A DNA stretch of 62,942 nt, the filler included, from Neoconidiobolus thromboides FSU 785 (taxonomy: Eukaryota > Fungi > Entomophthoromycota), in NCBI GenBank assembly GCA_025603075.1. It is 8 parts of 8 records of this genome, joined end to end, with 100 filler letters (N's around TTAATTAATTAA, not from the genome) between each part and the next. Parts side by side here need not be neighbours in the genome. Positions count along the whole stretch, not along the records: positions 1 to 26,555 come from MU626511.1; 7 more parts are not named here. One strand, 5' to 3'. Positions 11,208 to 25,750 of this stretch are shown in pieces. The notes beneath the pieces are model-generated. The model searched no databases, had not been told where the DNA came from, and saw only the letters and a list, made by a program, of their open reading frames with translations. Made by a program: the position numbers and the translations under genes. Every line of letters starts with the position of its first letter. Position 1 is the stretch's first letter.

Positions 11208-12321
11208 ATGCAGAAATTTTCTGGGTCTAACGCAGTTTTTGGTACTTTATATTGATATTCAGTAAAAAATTATTAACAAAATAGTGGGGAACATTCCTTT
11301 TGATTGTACCGAAGCACATATGATAGAAATATTTAAGGAAGTTGGTCCTGTTTCTAATTTTAGAATAAACCGTGATAGAGAAACTGGCAGACCAAAAGGA
11401 TATGGATTTTGTGAATTTTTAGATGCAGCAACAGCTGCTAGTGCAGTAAGAAATTTAGATGGATATGATATTGGTGGAAGACAGTTAAAAGTTGCACCAG
11501 CTGAAGCAGATGCAAATAATAATCAATCAAAATCTAATTTTCAGGGAAATCCAAATAATCAAAATCAGCAAAACCTTCCGCCACAAAATATAGGTGGTGG
11601 AAATAAGCAAGAGGTAAATCTATTTAATAAAAATAATATTCAAAATAAAGAATTTAACTCATGTCTTTTACCTTTGAAATATCTATGTTGAATTTATATC
11701 GTTTATTATTAATTTAGAAATATCTTTTAGATTAGACCACCTTTTAATTCAAATGAAGCAATCAATCACATTCTTTCTTCAATGTCTCCACCTCAAATAT
11801 TTGAATTAATAACACAGGTTAATGTAAACTTTATAGTATTTATAATGTTCTATTTTTAATTTATAATTAAGATGATGATACAACTTAATACAAATAATGC
11901 AAAGCTTCTTTTGGCTCAAAACCCACAACTTTGCTTCGCCCTAGTTCAAGCAATCAAAATAATGAATTTAGTAGATGATAACTCTAATAATACTATGTCA
12001 TATGATTCACCAGGCCATGATATTCGACCACCTATGCCAAATCAAATGCAAGGATTTCAAAGGATGCCACCAGGAAATCAGCCAAATTTTTCCCATTCTC
12101 CTGCTCATCACCAGCGCCCACCTCCTTTTGCATCTCACCATCAAACACAATTTAGACCACCACCAAATGAACCAATCAAGAGCGATCAACAGGATGCACT
12201 TATAAGACAAGTAATGAGTATGTCAAATAGCGAAATTGATTTATTACCACCTGAGCAGCGACAAAATTTATTAAGATTACGTGCACAAATTTTGGGTGGA
12301 CATGGGAATGGTTCAAACTAA
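11208..12321 (+). CDS. RNA15: Cleavage stimulation factor 64 kDa subunit / Rna15; exons ~11208-11241, 11285-11613, 11731-11817, 11872-12321
   Basis: RRM (VFVGNIPF...GRPKGYGFCEF), hinge (LLLAQNPQLCFALVQA) and C-terminal LIRQVMSMS..EIDLLPPEQRQ. Confidence 0.9.
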
Positions 12322-13186
12322 AGTAATTTAATTGATTTCATAAGGTAATATAAAACGTAATATTTTCTTACCAAGTTCAAGCTTCATAATAAAATCTGTA
12401 ACCATAACTTGTATAAGTTTTATATAGAATTTGGTTTAGCATAATACTTACTCACTTAATTCATTTGTATAAAAGAGATCTATATAAATAAACGGCATTA
12501 AATATAGTAAAAATCGTAAGCTTTTGATGTAATTTTAAATAAGCAAAGTTTCATTATTAAACATGAGATTATTTTCATAATATTGCTAGGCAAAAGCTTC
12601 AAGCTTATCTTTTTTAAGTTTACCTTCTATACTAAAAATAAGTACTGTTATTGTAAATATTTTATTTTATAAAGCAACAATTAAAAAAAGTATTGAGTTA
12701 AATAGATAAAGCATTGATGAAATCATTCAACTCAATATAAGTTCAGAAATAAATATTTAATAAATACTTAATATTTCAAAAGTTATTATAAAAAAGTTTA
12801 ATAAAATTACTATTTGATCAAGTCAATTTACTTTAATAAACTATGTATCTTAATGAAAGTATCAATATCTGTATATCTGTATGTGCTACTATTTTATTAA
12901 ATTGAATTAGCTTAAAATTTTATAGCACCGTGTATATTTTAATAATATGCTAAATATAATATAAGCTAATATATAAATTTATAAATCAAATAAATTTAAA
13001 TTTGCTGCAGTTTGATTTTTTAGCAAATAGTATTTTAATATTTCCATTTTAATAATCTTTGATTTGATAGAATAAATTTATTTTTTGAGCTATGTTTTAA
13101 CTCACCTTAAGCTAACAAAGATTCATAGTAGGAAGAAACAATGATCCCTCTTTCGTGCAGTTATCTTTAACTTTCACTAAATCATA

Positions 13187-13878
<692 letters not shown>

Positions 13879-15267
13879 GCATATCGTGCTATTTATAAAA
13901 TAATTTAAAGCTAATTGTAAGTTTATCTTTTTTGTCATTTTTTAATCCTTATAGAGTTTTATAAATCTAAGCTAACTTTTAAGCCAAACAAAACGTAACA
14001 ACTTAAGGATCTGTTTTATTTACAGCAGTATTAAAATCAAGCTACAGTTAAAAGCATATTCGAACACAAGAGAATTATGATATATTTATTAAAGGATTAT
14101 AATAATAATAATTAATGTAGAAGCCTTGTACAATAGTTAGCATTGTTATACACCAATCGCTGGATAATATATATAAACCAGATGACATGATTTTATTGTA
14201 ATTTTAGCAGAGATTTTGTTACTAAACATCGAAGAATTCGTATAAAATAACACTTACAATTCGATAAGTACAGAACAAGTATTCGATTATTTAACTATTC
14301 AAGATTTTTTCATCTGGTGATTCAATGTTATCTCTTTGATTGTTGTATTTTGTCATAGTTATATTACAGCAGTAAAATAAAATGTTACCTATTTTAAATC
14401 TAACTTTAAATTTATAAAAAGCTGTTTAAACTATTTGTTACTATTGGACATAAATCAGTTAAAGGGAAACCTTAATTTTAGATTAAAATATTTTTTCATT
14501 ATTGAGTATTTAGGCTCTTTATATTATTATTAAAGTTTTTCAAGATATACAAGAATACTTTACTTTAATCTTTCAATACCTTTGAAATCAAACATCTGGT
14601 CCCCTTTAGAAGCGCTACTTTCTCTTAAATGTACCAATAACTATTTTTAGTTATATTTTATTGAATGTATTTACTAATCTTTAAGTTTGGGAAATTTGTT
14701 ACTTAATAATTTAGTCTGGAGGTCCTAATATATTTTTATGAAAAATATTTCTTCTGTATTGGATATCATGATACTAATGATTTTTTGTTTAATTTCAAAA
14801 TAACTAAAAGCCAAATCTTTGTACAAAATAATTTGCTAAAAGCGCCAAATCTAATACTTCAAAAATATTCAAAAATAGTAATTAGTAACAATAAATTAAA
14901 ATGATTTTACTCATATTAAAATACAACTTATTGATTGTTAAGTTAAATTCTATTTTAAAAACAAAAACAAAGTATGACTTGATTTAAATTAAAATTGAAA
15001 TATTATCAAGTATTTAATATAGATGTTAATATTGGGTATATAGCTATAGATTATAGTGTAATAACTAACTCTATTAAATCTTAAAAATTGTTAGTAAAAT
15101 TCTTAAATACAAAACACATCCCATATAAGGATGTATAAATGTATTAGAAAATACGTTATTAAATATTTTTTAATATCGTTTATAATATTTATGTATAATA
15201 AAAATATTTAGTGTTTTTTGGCATTTAAAATTTAATTAAAACTTTGTTAAAATATTTAGCTGTATAT

Positions 15268-15729
15268 GGGGGTGTTTTTTTCGGCTTCATTACTTTTCCA
15301 TCTTTTAAGCGCTATTTGAGTGGAAAAATTATTAGTAAAATTCTTAAACACAGAAATACATCCCCATATATTTGACTTTAAATGGCTGTGTTAATTGATT
15401 GATTTTTGAATTTTAAAAAAAATAAAAATAATAATAAAAAGCATTTTTATGTTTAGATGTATTTTTTTTAAAAATTTTACTGATAGCTTTTCTATTCAAA
15501 TAGCGCTTAAAAAATGGAAAAAGCGATAAAACCATAAAAAACACTCCCATATGTTAAATATGAAAAGCTGCTAAGTAGTCAAATTAAAACACTTTAATAT
15601 TTTCAGTAAAGAGATTATATAAATTAACTGTATGGGGATGTTTCTTTGGCTTCACTACTTTTTCCATCTTTAAGGGTTATTTGAGTGGAAAAATTATCAG
15701 TAAATTCTTAAACACAGAAACATATCCTC
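15268..15729. mobile_element. Three MITE A copies (15268-15365, ~15452-15548, 15634-15729)
   Basis: Family core and termini in alternating orientations; ATAT flanks on the first copy. Confidence 0.85.
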
Positions 15730-15755
15730 ATATAATAGGAATTTAAATATGGGGT

Positions 15756-16218
15756 ATGAGATCTGATACTCAGTGTTTGGAGTCAAAAACAGCTATTGGC
15801 TGGTTGACTACACTATAAGTCGAAAGATCTTAGTTTATGTGACTAAGATGGACTTGAATTATGCAGAATACCCCTTAATAGGCTATGGACTATGTAAGAC
15901 AAATAGAATAGATAATAACAATCTAAAATCTATGTAAAATACTATTAAGAAAACTTAGTGGGTTTATTAAATGTTCGAGATATCATGGAACAATTCAGTT
16001 AAAAACCTTCGAGTTACTATATTATAAAATCTCTTTTATACTCTAAGAAGTACGGATAACAAAACAAGAGGATAACATTCTTTGGGATGAAGCTAGAAAT
16101 TCTCATAGCGAATTAAACCAAGAGCATGGGACTAATTGTCTCCATAATTGAGAACACAACAGCTTAGGAAATTATTATGCTATAATCAACCATGGGACTG
16201 ATAAAGCGATACTTCACA
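15756..16218 (+). mobile_element. Element B, full length (~463 bp, LTR-like TG...CA ends)
   Basis: Starts TATGAGATCTGATACTC (variant of TGTGAAATCTGGTACTC) and ends GCGATACTTCACA; colinear with 16496-16959. Confidence 0.85.
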
Positions 16219-16298
16219 AAAGGTATTAAATTTAGTAAAATTAAATTTATGTTAAGTTTATTCAATTAAAAAACAAGAAAAATCAAATATTGTAAAAG

Positions 16299-16392
16299 TT
16301 AGGGTTAGGGTTAGGGTTAGGGTTAGGGTTAGGGTTAGGGTTAGGGTTAGGGTTAGGGTTAGGGTTAGGGTTAGGGTTAGGGTTAGGGTTAG
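16299..16392 (+). repeat. Telomeric (TTAGGG)n array, 15 perfect units plus TTAG, running into a gap
   Basis: Read directly from the sequence. Confidence 0.98.
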
Positions 16393-16495
16393 NNNNNNNN
16401 NNNNNNNNNNNNNNNNNNNNNNNNNNNNNNNNNNNNNNNNNNNNNNNNNNNNNNNNNNNNNNNNNNNNNNNNNNNNNNNNNNNNNNNNNNNNAAC

Positions 16496-16959
16496 TGTGA
16501 AATCTGGTACTCAGGGTTTAGAGTCAAAAACAGCTATTGGCTGGTTGACTACACTATAAGTCGAAAGATCTTAGTTTATGTGACTAAGATGGACTTGAAT
16601 TATGAAGAATAGCACGTAATAGGTTACAAGCTATATAAGACAAATAGAATAGACAATACTAATGTAAAATCTATGTAAAATACTATTAAGAAAACTTGGT
16701 GACTTTATTAAATGTTCGAGATATCAAAGGATAATTCAGTTAAAAAGCCTTGAACTGCTATGTTTTAGAATCTATTTTATACTCCGATAAGTATAAATAT
16801 CAAAATGAGAAGACAATATTCTTTGAGATAGAGCTAGAAATTCTTATAGCAAATCAAACTAAGACCATGGGATTGATTTTCTCTGGACTTGAGAACACAA
16901 CAGCTTAAGCGATTATTATGCTATAATTAACCATGGGGCTGATAAAGCGATATTTCACA
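16496..16959 (+). mobile_element. Element B, full length (464 bp)
   Basis: TGTGAAATCTGG...GCGATATTTCACA; 8-bp terminal inverted repeat TGTGAAAT/ATTTCACA. Confidence 0.9.
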
Positions 16960-17536
16960 AAATTATATTAATAATTATATTAAAAAAAGGAATAATTATA
17001 TTAAAATATTGTTTAATATAACTAAAAAGTACAAGAAGTATTTTATAACAAAAAGCTGGAAATGTAAATAAACTTTAAAGTTTAATCATATAATAAAATG
17101 TGAGGATATATTTTTGTGTTTAAGAATTTTAATATAAAAGCAAAGTATAATAATATTTAAATAACCAGGCTATAAATTATAAATTATAAAATTTGCTTTT
17201 ATAATTGGCATTATTTTATTACACTATTAAAAGCTTAAATTGATTTTAAAATCAATTTTAAAATTTCTTTATTTAGATTAATTTACGTAAATAATGCTAT
17301 TTTATTTACAGTGTTTTTAACCAAATATGATAACCTTAAAAGTAATGACCTTTGTATCTATAATATAAATATTATAATATTATAACAAGTATGTTCATTT
17401 AAATAAGTTAATAGTAAGTAATTTAATTTAATTTAATTTAAACACAAAAATTCCAAAAAATTAGACTAAATCAAATTGATTTTATTAAATTAATAATATC
17501 TGAATTTTAAGTAACTTATTAAAATTTATTTTATAT

Positions 17537-17632
17537 GGTGATGTATTTTTTTGTTTAAGGGTTCTATTAACAATTTTTCCACTTAAATAGTGCTTAAAAA
17601 TGGAAAAAGTAATAAAACAAAAAAACATCCTT
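17537..17632. mobile_element. MITE family A copy
   Basis: ATAT-GGTGATGTATTTTT...AAAAACATCC; family core present. Confidence 0.8.
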
Positions 17633-18869
17633 ATATTATATTTTATTATAATTTTAAATATAAATGTAAAAATAATACTTTTGTTTGCTTAAAGCTTTTA
17701 TACTATTTTTAAATAAACATCCAAAACTAAGTGCATTAAATTAATAAAATTCTTAAACACAAAAACACAGCCCCATGCTTAGTTATTAAGTTGAAATTGG
17801 AGCTGTAGGCATTTGATTCTAATTGCTATCAGTAGTATAAGTCAATTACTGAACTCTCATAATTTTTCTTTAAATATAAAAGTTAATATGAAAATTCCAA
17901 TAATAAACGCTTACTTGTTAAGTTTATAATATTATCATATCAATATTAATAGTCGAAACTTTATTTTGCTTAAATCAAAACGTTTATTTATATTATGGAC
18001 ATGAAAATAAATTGTTGACTTCCTAGATATCAATGATGAGTATGACTTGTTCAGATTTTATTCCGAAGTAATATTAAGATAAGCAATACTTGTTTAATTC
18101 AGTCTAATTGAACAAATATTTTGATCTGATTGAGCTTTTTTTACTATCAATTTAAATTTAAACCTTAAACAATTATTACAAAGATTGCTAAATAAAACAA
18201 AAATCCAATACGTTTAATAGTTAGATTTTATTTATAGTCTTTCGCTTTATGTAACATAAAAAATATAAACTTTTAAATTACAAAACTAATTAATTTTTAT
18301 TCCTTTTAATATACCATAAAAACTTCTTTTTGTGACATCACCCTTTTTTTATAAAATGTGTCAAAAACAGGAGCATTTAATAACCTTATCGAATTGGTCA
18401 AGTTTTAAAACTGTGTTTTCATTTAGATAATTTTCGAATTAATCAACTGATCATAATTCTTCAATTAAAAGCAACTTTCTATAGGGAAACAAAATTTGAT
18501 TGGCTTATCGAAAACAACATCAGTTTATTCTCACGCCCCTTAGAAGACAAATTAAGCGCATAGAGCTAGGATTGTTAGGGCATTGGAAGGGAGTGGCTAG
18601 CTCCTTAGTTAAGTTTCAAATTTTATGTTCGTAAAGTTAAGCAGCTGATCCTAAAGGTTTCAAAGTTCAGTAATGATTTGTTACATTTTTTATGTCACTA
18701 CCTCGGGTTAATTGAGGAGTGGCTAAACGTCACTAATTAAGCTAAGTAAAGGAATGACCTGATGATATAAAGAAAAAGCTTAGAAAGAAGGGTATATAAA
18801 AGGTTTGAATTGAAATTTATTTAAACTTTTAAATTTATATTATTTGTGATATTATAATCAGCTATTAAA

Positions 18870-20709
18870 ATGGGTTCTTTGGTAGAAAATATCGATACTA
18901 AGAGTATCTTAAATGACTTGGATTTAAGCTTCGATAAAGTAAATCCAGGCGTATATCATGGTGAATGGGCTGGTAATGGTCCTGTTACTGAATCATTTAA
19001 CCCAGCTACTGGAGAATCTTTAGGGAAAGTTAGAACTGTGAGTTTTTAGTTTGCGTTTTTATAAGAGTGTTTTCTAAATGTTTATATTTCTAGGGTACTA
19101 TTGAAGAGCTTAATACTGCTATTACAAAAGCACATGAAGCTTATTTATCATGGAGAGAAGTGAGTTAAAAATAGGTTAATACAAATAAATAAGACTTATC
19201 TTTGATTATAGACCCCAGCACCACGTCGAGGAGAAATTGTGCGTCAAATTCGTAATGCTTTGAATGACAAGCTTGAACCTTTAGGCAAATTAGTAGCTTT
19301 AGAAATGGGTAAAATTGTAGCTGAAGGTATCGGAGAAGTACAAGAATATGTAGATATTGCTGATTATGCTGTTGGTCTTTCTCGTATGATTAATGGAAAA
19401 GTTGTGCCATCAGAACGTAAGTTGAATCAATACTATAAGGTATATTATATTAATAAATTTAGGTCCTGGCCATTTTATGATGGAGCAATGGCATCCATTA
19501 GGTGTTATTGGTGTTATTTCAGCTTTCAATTTTCCAGTCGCTGTTTATGGATGGAATGCTGCCTTAGCTTTGGTATGTGGTAACTCTGTTGTATGGAAGG
19601 GATCTCCTACTACCAACTTAACTTCTGTTGCAGTAACTAAAATTGTTGCTAAAGTGCTTGAAAGCAATGGTATTTCAGGTGCCCTCTGTTCATTATGTTT
19701 AGGTGATGTTGATGTTGGTAAAGCACTTACTGAAGATGAAAGGGTTAAATTAGTTTCATTTACTGGAAGTACTGCTGTCGGTCGTCAAGTAGCTCAAGTT
19801 GTACAAAACAGATTTGGTAAGCTTATCCTTGAGTTAGGAGGTAATAATGCCATTATCGTCATGGAAGATGCTGATATGGATTTGGCCGTACGCTCTGTTT
19901 TATTTGCTGCTGTTGGCACCTGTGGCCAACGCTGTACGACTACAAGAAGGCTATTCTTGCATGAATCAATTTACGATTCATTTATTGAAAAATTAATTGC
20001 TGCATATAAGCAAGTTAAAATTGGAAACCCACTTGAAGGTAATTTTATTTATTATCATTCAATTTATAACTTATACTTTATAGACGGCGTATTATGTGGC
20101 CCTCTTCACTCGAAAGTATCTTTAAATAACTTTAAGAAAGGTATTGAACAAATCAAAGAACAGGTAAGTTGAACTTTAGTACTAGTAGACTCATAATAAT
20201 TGAACAATTATTAGGGTGGTAAAATATTATATGGAGGAGATGTTATATCCGAAGATAAAGGATACTTCGTTACTCCCACTATAACTTCAATTGATCACTC
20301 TGCTGAAGTAGTTCAACATGAAATCTTTGCACCAATTTTACATACATTTAAATTTAAGGTAAATTCAGATTAATTAGTTTTAAATTAATATTAATGTTTC
20401 AAATAGAATCTTACTGAAGCTATTGAGCTTAATAACAGTGTCAAGCAAGGGCTCAGTTCTAGTTTATTTACTAGCAACCCATCAAACATATTCCAATGGA
20501 CTGGAGCATGCGGTTCAGATTGTGGTATTGTTAATGTAAATATACCTACTAACGGAGCTGAAATCGGAGGTGCTTTTGGAGGTGAAAAAGAAACTGGAGG
20601 AGGCCGCGAATCTGGTTCTGATTCTTGGAAACAATATATGAAACGTACCACTTGTACTATAAATTATTCAGGCCAATTACCACTTGCTCAAGGTATAAAG
20701 TTTGAATAG
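18870..20709 (+). CDS. ALDH7A1: Aldehyde dehydrogenase family 7 (antiquitin / alpha-aminoadipic semialdehyde dehydrogenase), multi-exon
   Basis: [31 protein letters not shown], catalytic GTCGQRCTT, and the C-terminal [24 protein letters not shown] signature. Confidence 0.93.
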
Positions 20710-20926
20710 TTTCCAGTTGAAAAACATTTGCATTATATGAGCATTTAAAATTTTTCTAAATAAATATTTTTTAAATTTTAAATTTTTAGTTATGATTTAT
20801 AATTTCATAAATTTATAATGACTTGGTTATTTTATTAGGGATGAAGTGAGCAGCCAATAAGATCAAATCTAAACTATTCTATTTTTTTTTGATTTCAATC
20901 AAATTTAATTTCAGCTTTTTAAAAAA

Positions 20927-23520
20927 ATGAATGAATCCAACTCAGGTAAACGCTACAATAATAATATAAGCCAAAAAACTCAGCCCCATAATTTACAGAA
21001 AAGAAGCGAGAGCCATCCAAAGAGCTTCATATCTATCCGCAAAAAAAGATTAATCTAAGTCATCGTATCAAGCTTGAAAAAGTGAATCCCAACCAAGAAT
21101 CAATTTATCAAACAAAACTCAATCGGGACCTTAAGCTGTTAAAAGTGCTCGAGCAGCTGATTCATTCTTACGCCAATGAAATGAAATCTATTCAGAACTT
21201 TACCAACACTTTAGAGATTGTACAAAAAAAACAAAGTCTAGTGATTAGTGAGATAAAATGCTTGGAAGGAGTCATTCAATTGATTGAAGAATTAATGGGA
21301 TCTTATACCAAAGTCCTAGAATTTGGAGTCGATGTTCTCAAGCTTGGGATACATTATCGAATACAGTTGGCACAAATGTTGATAAAATTTACAGATAACA
21401 AGTTTCGTGCACAGGCAGTTTTGACGAAAGCAGTAGGTTTTTATTTCCGCATTTATTATACTCAATCTTATACTTTTTAAATAATTAGTTACAGATTGCT
21501 TTGAAAGTAAGTCTTTATTAAGAGTTTGAGTTCATGCATTAAATTCTTTATAGCCTACAGTGGATAGAAGTTTACAATTCCAAATTCGAATCAAAATAGC
21601 CAATTTACATTACCATTTTAAAAAATATCATTTGGCAGTTTCAGAGCTTAAAGATAGCTATTATTTAGCTTTACAGTAGGTTTTTGAGCTTTTTGGATTG
21701 CAAAAAATGAGATGAAATTAACTATTTTTATTTTAGATTAGGTTATAAAGAATGGGTGTATAGTATTGGAGTGCTATTGTTGAATGTCTTTATTAAAATC
21801 GAATACAAAAACCAGTTTCTTAACTTTATTGAAGAATTGATGGAATACGCTAAAAGAGAAAAGGATATTGGAGTGGGCGTAAGTTCTATTTATTAATTTT
21901 TATTTCAACATTTACACTACTGTTTAATTTAGGATTTGCTTTACCTTAAATTAATAGAATTCCGTTTGAGATTCAAATCCATTAAATTGGCTTTAAATTT
22001 AATTAACGAGTTCAATGACAACAATACTAATAGTGATAATCAGCAGCAACAAAACGTATTGTTAAAAACATTCAATGCCGTTGCTTTGATTTATTCTGGT
22101 GATTTAAATGGCTCAAGCCAAGTATTAAGTCAAATTGATTTAAGTGGTTTTGATTTCGATTTTGATTTTAATGTAAGTCATATATATTTTATATTAATAT
22201 ATAATAACAATATATCATATAGCTTGATTACAAATTAAATGAAGAAAATATAAGTAAAAGAATTAAAGTTAATTGGCTAAATCAACAGCAAATCAGATGT
22301 GTGTATCAATTATTAAATTTATTCTGTGTTAAAGGAGTGAGTAATAGCACAATTACGGAGCAGTTTAACAATGGATTTAATCTATTAAAGAGTAAGCATG
22401 ATTAGATAATATATAATCGAAATTAATTAACATAATTAAAGTGAGCACTAATAATAACGCAAATGAAAATCTAAGCCAAGGTATGTATGATAATTCATAT
22501 TATAAAATAAACTAATAAGATTGATTCTAGACGTTGATAACAAATTATGGGACTTAAAATCAATGTTGAATTTAAATTTGTATTACACAGAGCATCTGAT
22601 CTTAAGTGAAAATTTCCAATTGGCAAAAAAAGTAATACATAAAGCTATTAACATAATTGATAATTTATTATTATCTCCCTCTAGATTTGCTTAAATAGTA
22701 TCTTACTGATTAAAAAGAAATCCATTGAGGATGACTACTTAAATTATTTTATTTATCTTTTGGCTTTATACTATCAGTCGCTAGCTAATTTTGATAAAGC
22801 CAAAAAGTATTACGAGTGCTTATTAGAGGTATATGCTATACATAAGTTAAATATATCAATATTGACAATCAATTTTAGATTATAAAAGAAGAAAACTTCA
22901 AAATATCGATCTATCTTAATCTTATTAGTATGCAATTAGATCAAAACAAACAAGCTAAACTAAAGGTAAACGCTTTTAGTTATTAAAATTAGTATTAACA
23001 ATTTTTTTTAGGTTGAATATTTTATTGATAAAATCGATTCTAGTGAATATATTAAATCTAATGTAATTGAATCTAAATTATACTACTTTAAAGGCATAGT
23101 TAATGAGGATGAAATTACACAAAAGTAAGACTATATGAAATATAAACGTAGCGCATACTTATACAACTTTATTAGAAACTATTTAAATTATTCCATCCAA
23201 TTAATGAAAATGATACAAAATCAATCATTACAATGTGCTGCTCATTTAAGTTTGGCTAAAATTTATTATTTTAAACCACAAACTGTAAAGAAATTACTTG
23301 GCTCTATCCTCCAATTACCCAACCCCACTACTATCGCCCTTATTTCCAGCTACCCTATTTTATTGTGTAAATTCTTGTTATCTGGTTTATAGCTTAAATT
23401 TTAATTATGTTTTTAGCTTTTTATTCGGAAAATGAAGAAACCTATTCAACTATTAATAATAAGTATTTAAAAACATTGAAGATGTATAGGTTGAAATATT
23501 TGACGGTGGATTCTAGCTAG
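20927..23520 (+). CDS. Probable cohesin loader subunit Scc4/MAU2-like (TPR-like helical protein), many short exons; boundaries approximate
   Basis: N-terminal pattern IKCLEGV...HYRIQLAQMLIKFTDNKFRAQAVLTKA resembles the Scc4/MAU2 N-terminus. A chain of GT-AG-separated exons ends at TAG 23520. Confidence 0.6.
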
Positions 23521-24196
23521 GCTTATTTAAAGTTGGCTGTTTGTCGTTCTTTTTTATGTAAAATTGTTAATGCTATAACAGATTATTTGGGCTGTTTATT
23601 TAATCTGAATAAATTTATTATGAGAAAATCATCTATCAACTTCCTTTAGTTTATAAGTAAGTGTTTTTATTATCATTAACTCAATGGATTTATTTAAGTT
23701 TTAAGTTTGAAAATAAAGAATAAATAAAGGTATTTGTTGATTGCTATTAAACAATTTATATAGAGAATTTTAAAGCAGTAATTTAAAAAATTTATTATTT
23801 ATTTATGACGTTTAACAAAATTGCTTAATATTTAACTTCGTAGCGCTTGGCACCTCTTTTACTTTAAGAACCATATGATTTTATCAAATATTAAATATAG
23901 TTATTAAGTAAAAGTAAAAGTAGAAGTAACATTTGATATATGGTTTGAGTGTAAGGAACGACTAAGTGTTTTGAAAAAATTCTGTAGTTTTACAGTATCT
24001 TGTGTAAAAATCTGCTTAAATGATATAAAAGTATTCAAACCATTTCTTTTGTCAATTGTATATAAATCAGCAAAAAAAGTATTTTAATTGGAGTATTGTA
24101 TTTGACAAAAGCTATAATGTTTAAAACTAAATGTGAAATAATGATGATAGTATATTAGAAAGTAAATAATAGTAAATACCTTACTAAAAAGTATAT

Positions 24197-24580
24197 GAGG
24201 GTGTTTTTTTTGGCCTTATTATTTTTTCCATCTTTTGAGCGCTATTTGAGCGGAAAGATTGTTAATAAAACTCTTTAAAAAAAACACCCCCACATGATAA
24301 CGCTGTATGATAACTGATAAAATAGTGAAGGTACATATTTAAAATAAGTTATCTATAAATAATAAGTGACTTTCTCATTCAATACCTATAAAAGAACACA
24401 GTTATTAAATATATATTGTTAAAGCAGATGATTTTGAATTATCCAAAAGATAAGCTATAATAAGTTGCTTGGAAACAGCATATGGGCATATATATTTTTG
24501 TTTAAGAATTTTGCTAACAATTTTCCCACTCAAACAGCGTTTAAAAATGAAAAAAGTGATGAAACAAAAAAAATACTATC
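24197..24580. mobile_element. Two MITE A copies (24197-24291, ~24482-24580)
   Basis: Family core. First copy flanked by ATAT / ACAT. Confidence 0.8.
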
Positions 24581-24649
24581 ATATATAAACTAAATAATTA
24601 AGATCCCAGATAAAAAGTGAAGTTATTTTTAATCATTGTTTTCTTGATA

Positions 24650-25750
24650 GTAACTGCGCTACAAATGATGGAAATTTCTCTTTTTTGAACTCTAGAAAAT
24701 GCTCTAAAATTGATAGCAAGTTATATATGTTTGGTGGTGAATATATTGAATGTGGTAACAGATGATCTATAAATCATACAACCTATAGCTTAGGCCTATA
24801 TGGCGCAGTTTGTGACATAAACTCAAGTCTCAGATAGGATCCTTATTTTAAATGTGAGAAACTTGATCCTCAATTAAAATACAGTAGTGCCTGAAGTGAT
24901 CCAAATAAAATGATCAGTATATTTATGATATCAGGCGGGCCTTTAGTATACTACTACGATATTAGTAATAAAAGTTAGAATTCTGAAGAAAGCAGTCTTG
25001 AACCATTTAGTCAGGCAGTAGATATATTGGAAGATGATATTAACGAATTTATTATTACCCAAGATGATCCTAATCTAGATAAATATTTTTCATATTATAC
25101 TGAAATAAAGTCAGAAAAAACAATAATTCTAAAAGTAGAATATCGATTTGTAATGAAAAAGAGAAGTTATTAAATCATATAAAGATAACTTGAGCTATAT
25201 TGGCGTGGCAATAATGGAAGTTTATAATGATATATTTTATCTCATTAATGGTAACGATGAGCAGTATCCTTTAAATAATTTTGTAAATTCAATTAACCTT
25301 AAAAATAGTATCATAAACAAAAAATACATAGGTGGGATTTTACCACCACATTTAAAGATACTAAAAAGTGTTTATACAAGAAACAAAAATCTGGTCTATC
25401 TTGTATTTGAGTAACCATTTAAATTATATATCCTTTATTTAGAAAAGTCAACTTGGTCTAATCACTACATGCCTAACATTGATGTAAATACTAAGTGTAT
25501 TGTACTTTATCATGATCATTTGTTACTTCCGTTTGCAGTTTATAAAGATGATAACAAAGTTGCTCCAGTTATTTTTTAAAAAATGAAGAGCTAATTCATG
25601 AATTGGGATATTGATCTACCTATAATGTTAAAAATAAATAACTGGACGAGCTATTAGCACTATGTTGGATTTATAATTTATCTTGTTTAGTATTTATTAT
25701 TACAAAAGAAAAGGAAACAATAAACCTATTATTTTAAATTTTAAAAAAAG
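24650..25750 (+). pseudogene. Decayed kelch-repeat (probably membrane) protein gene
   Basis: Kelch-like segments KLYMFGGEY (~24718), IFMISGGP (~24920), DIFYLING and CIVLYHDHLLLPF, broken by several stops, followed by a hydrophobic segment and basic residues. Confidence 0.45.

Noticed and set aside
14100-14900. Slightly more complex sequence that might be a decayed gene
   Set aside because: All frames are closed by frequent stops and no recognisable motif was found.
16258-16527. 89-aa ORF with (LT)n
   Set aside because: Translation of the telomeric repeat across an N gap.
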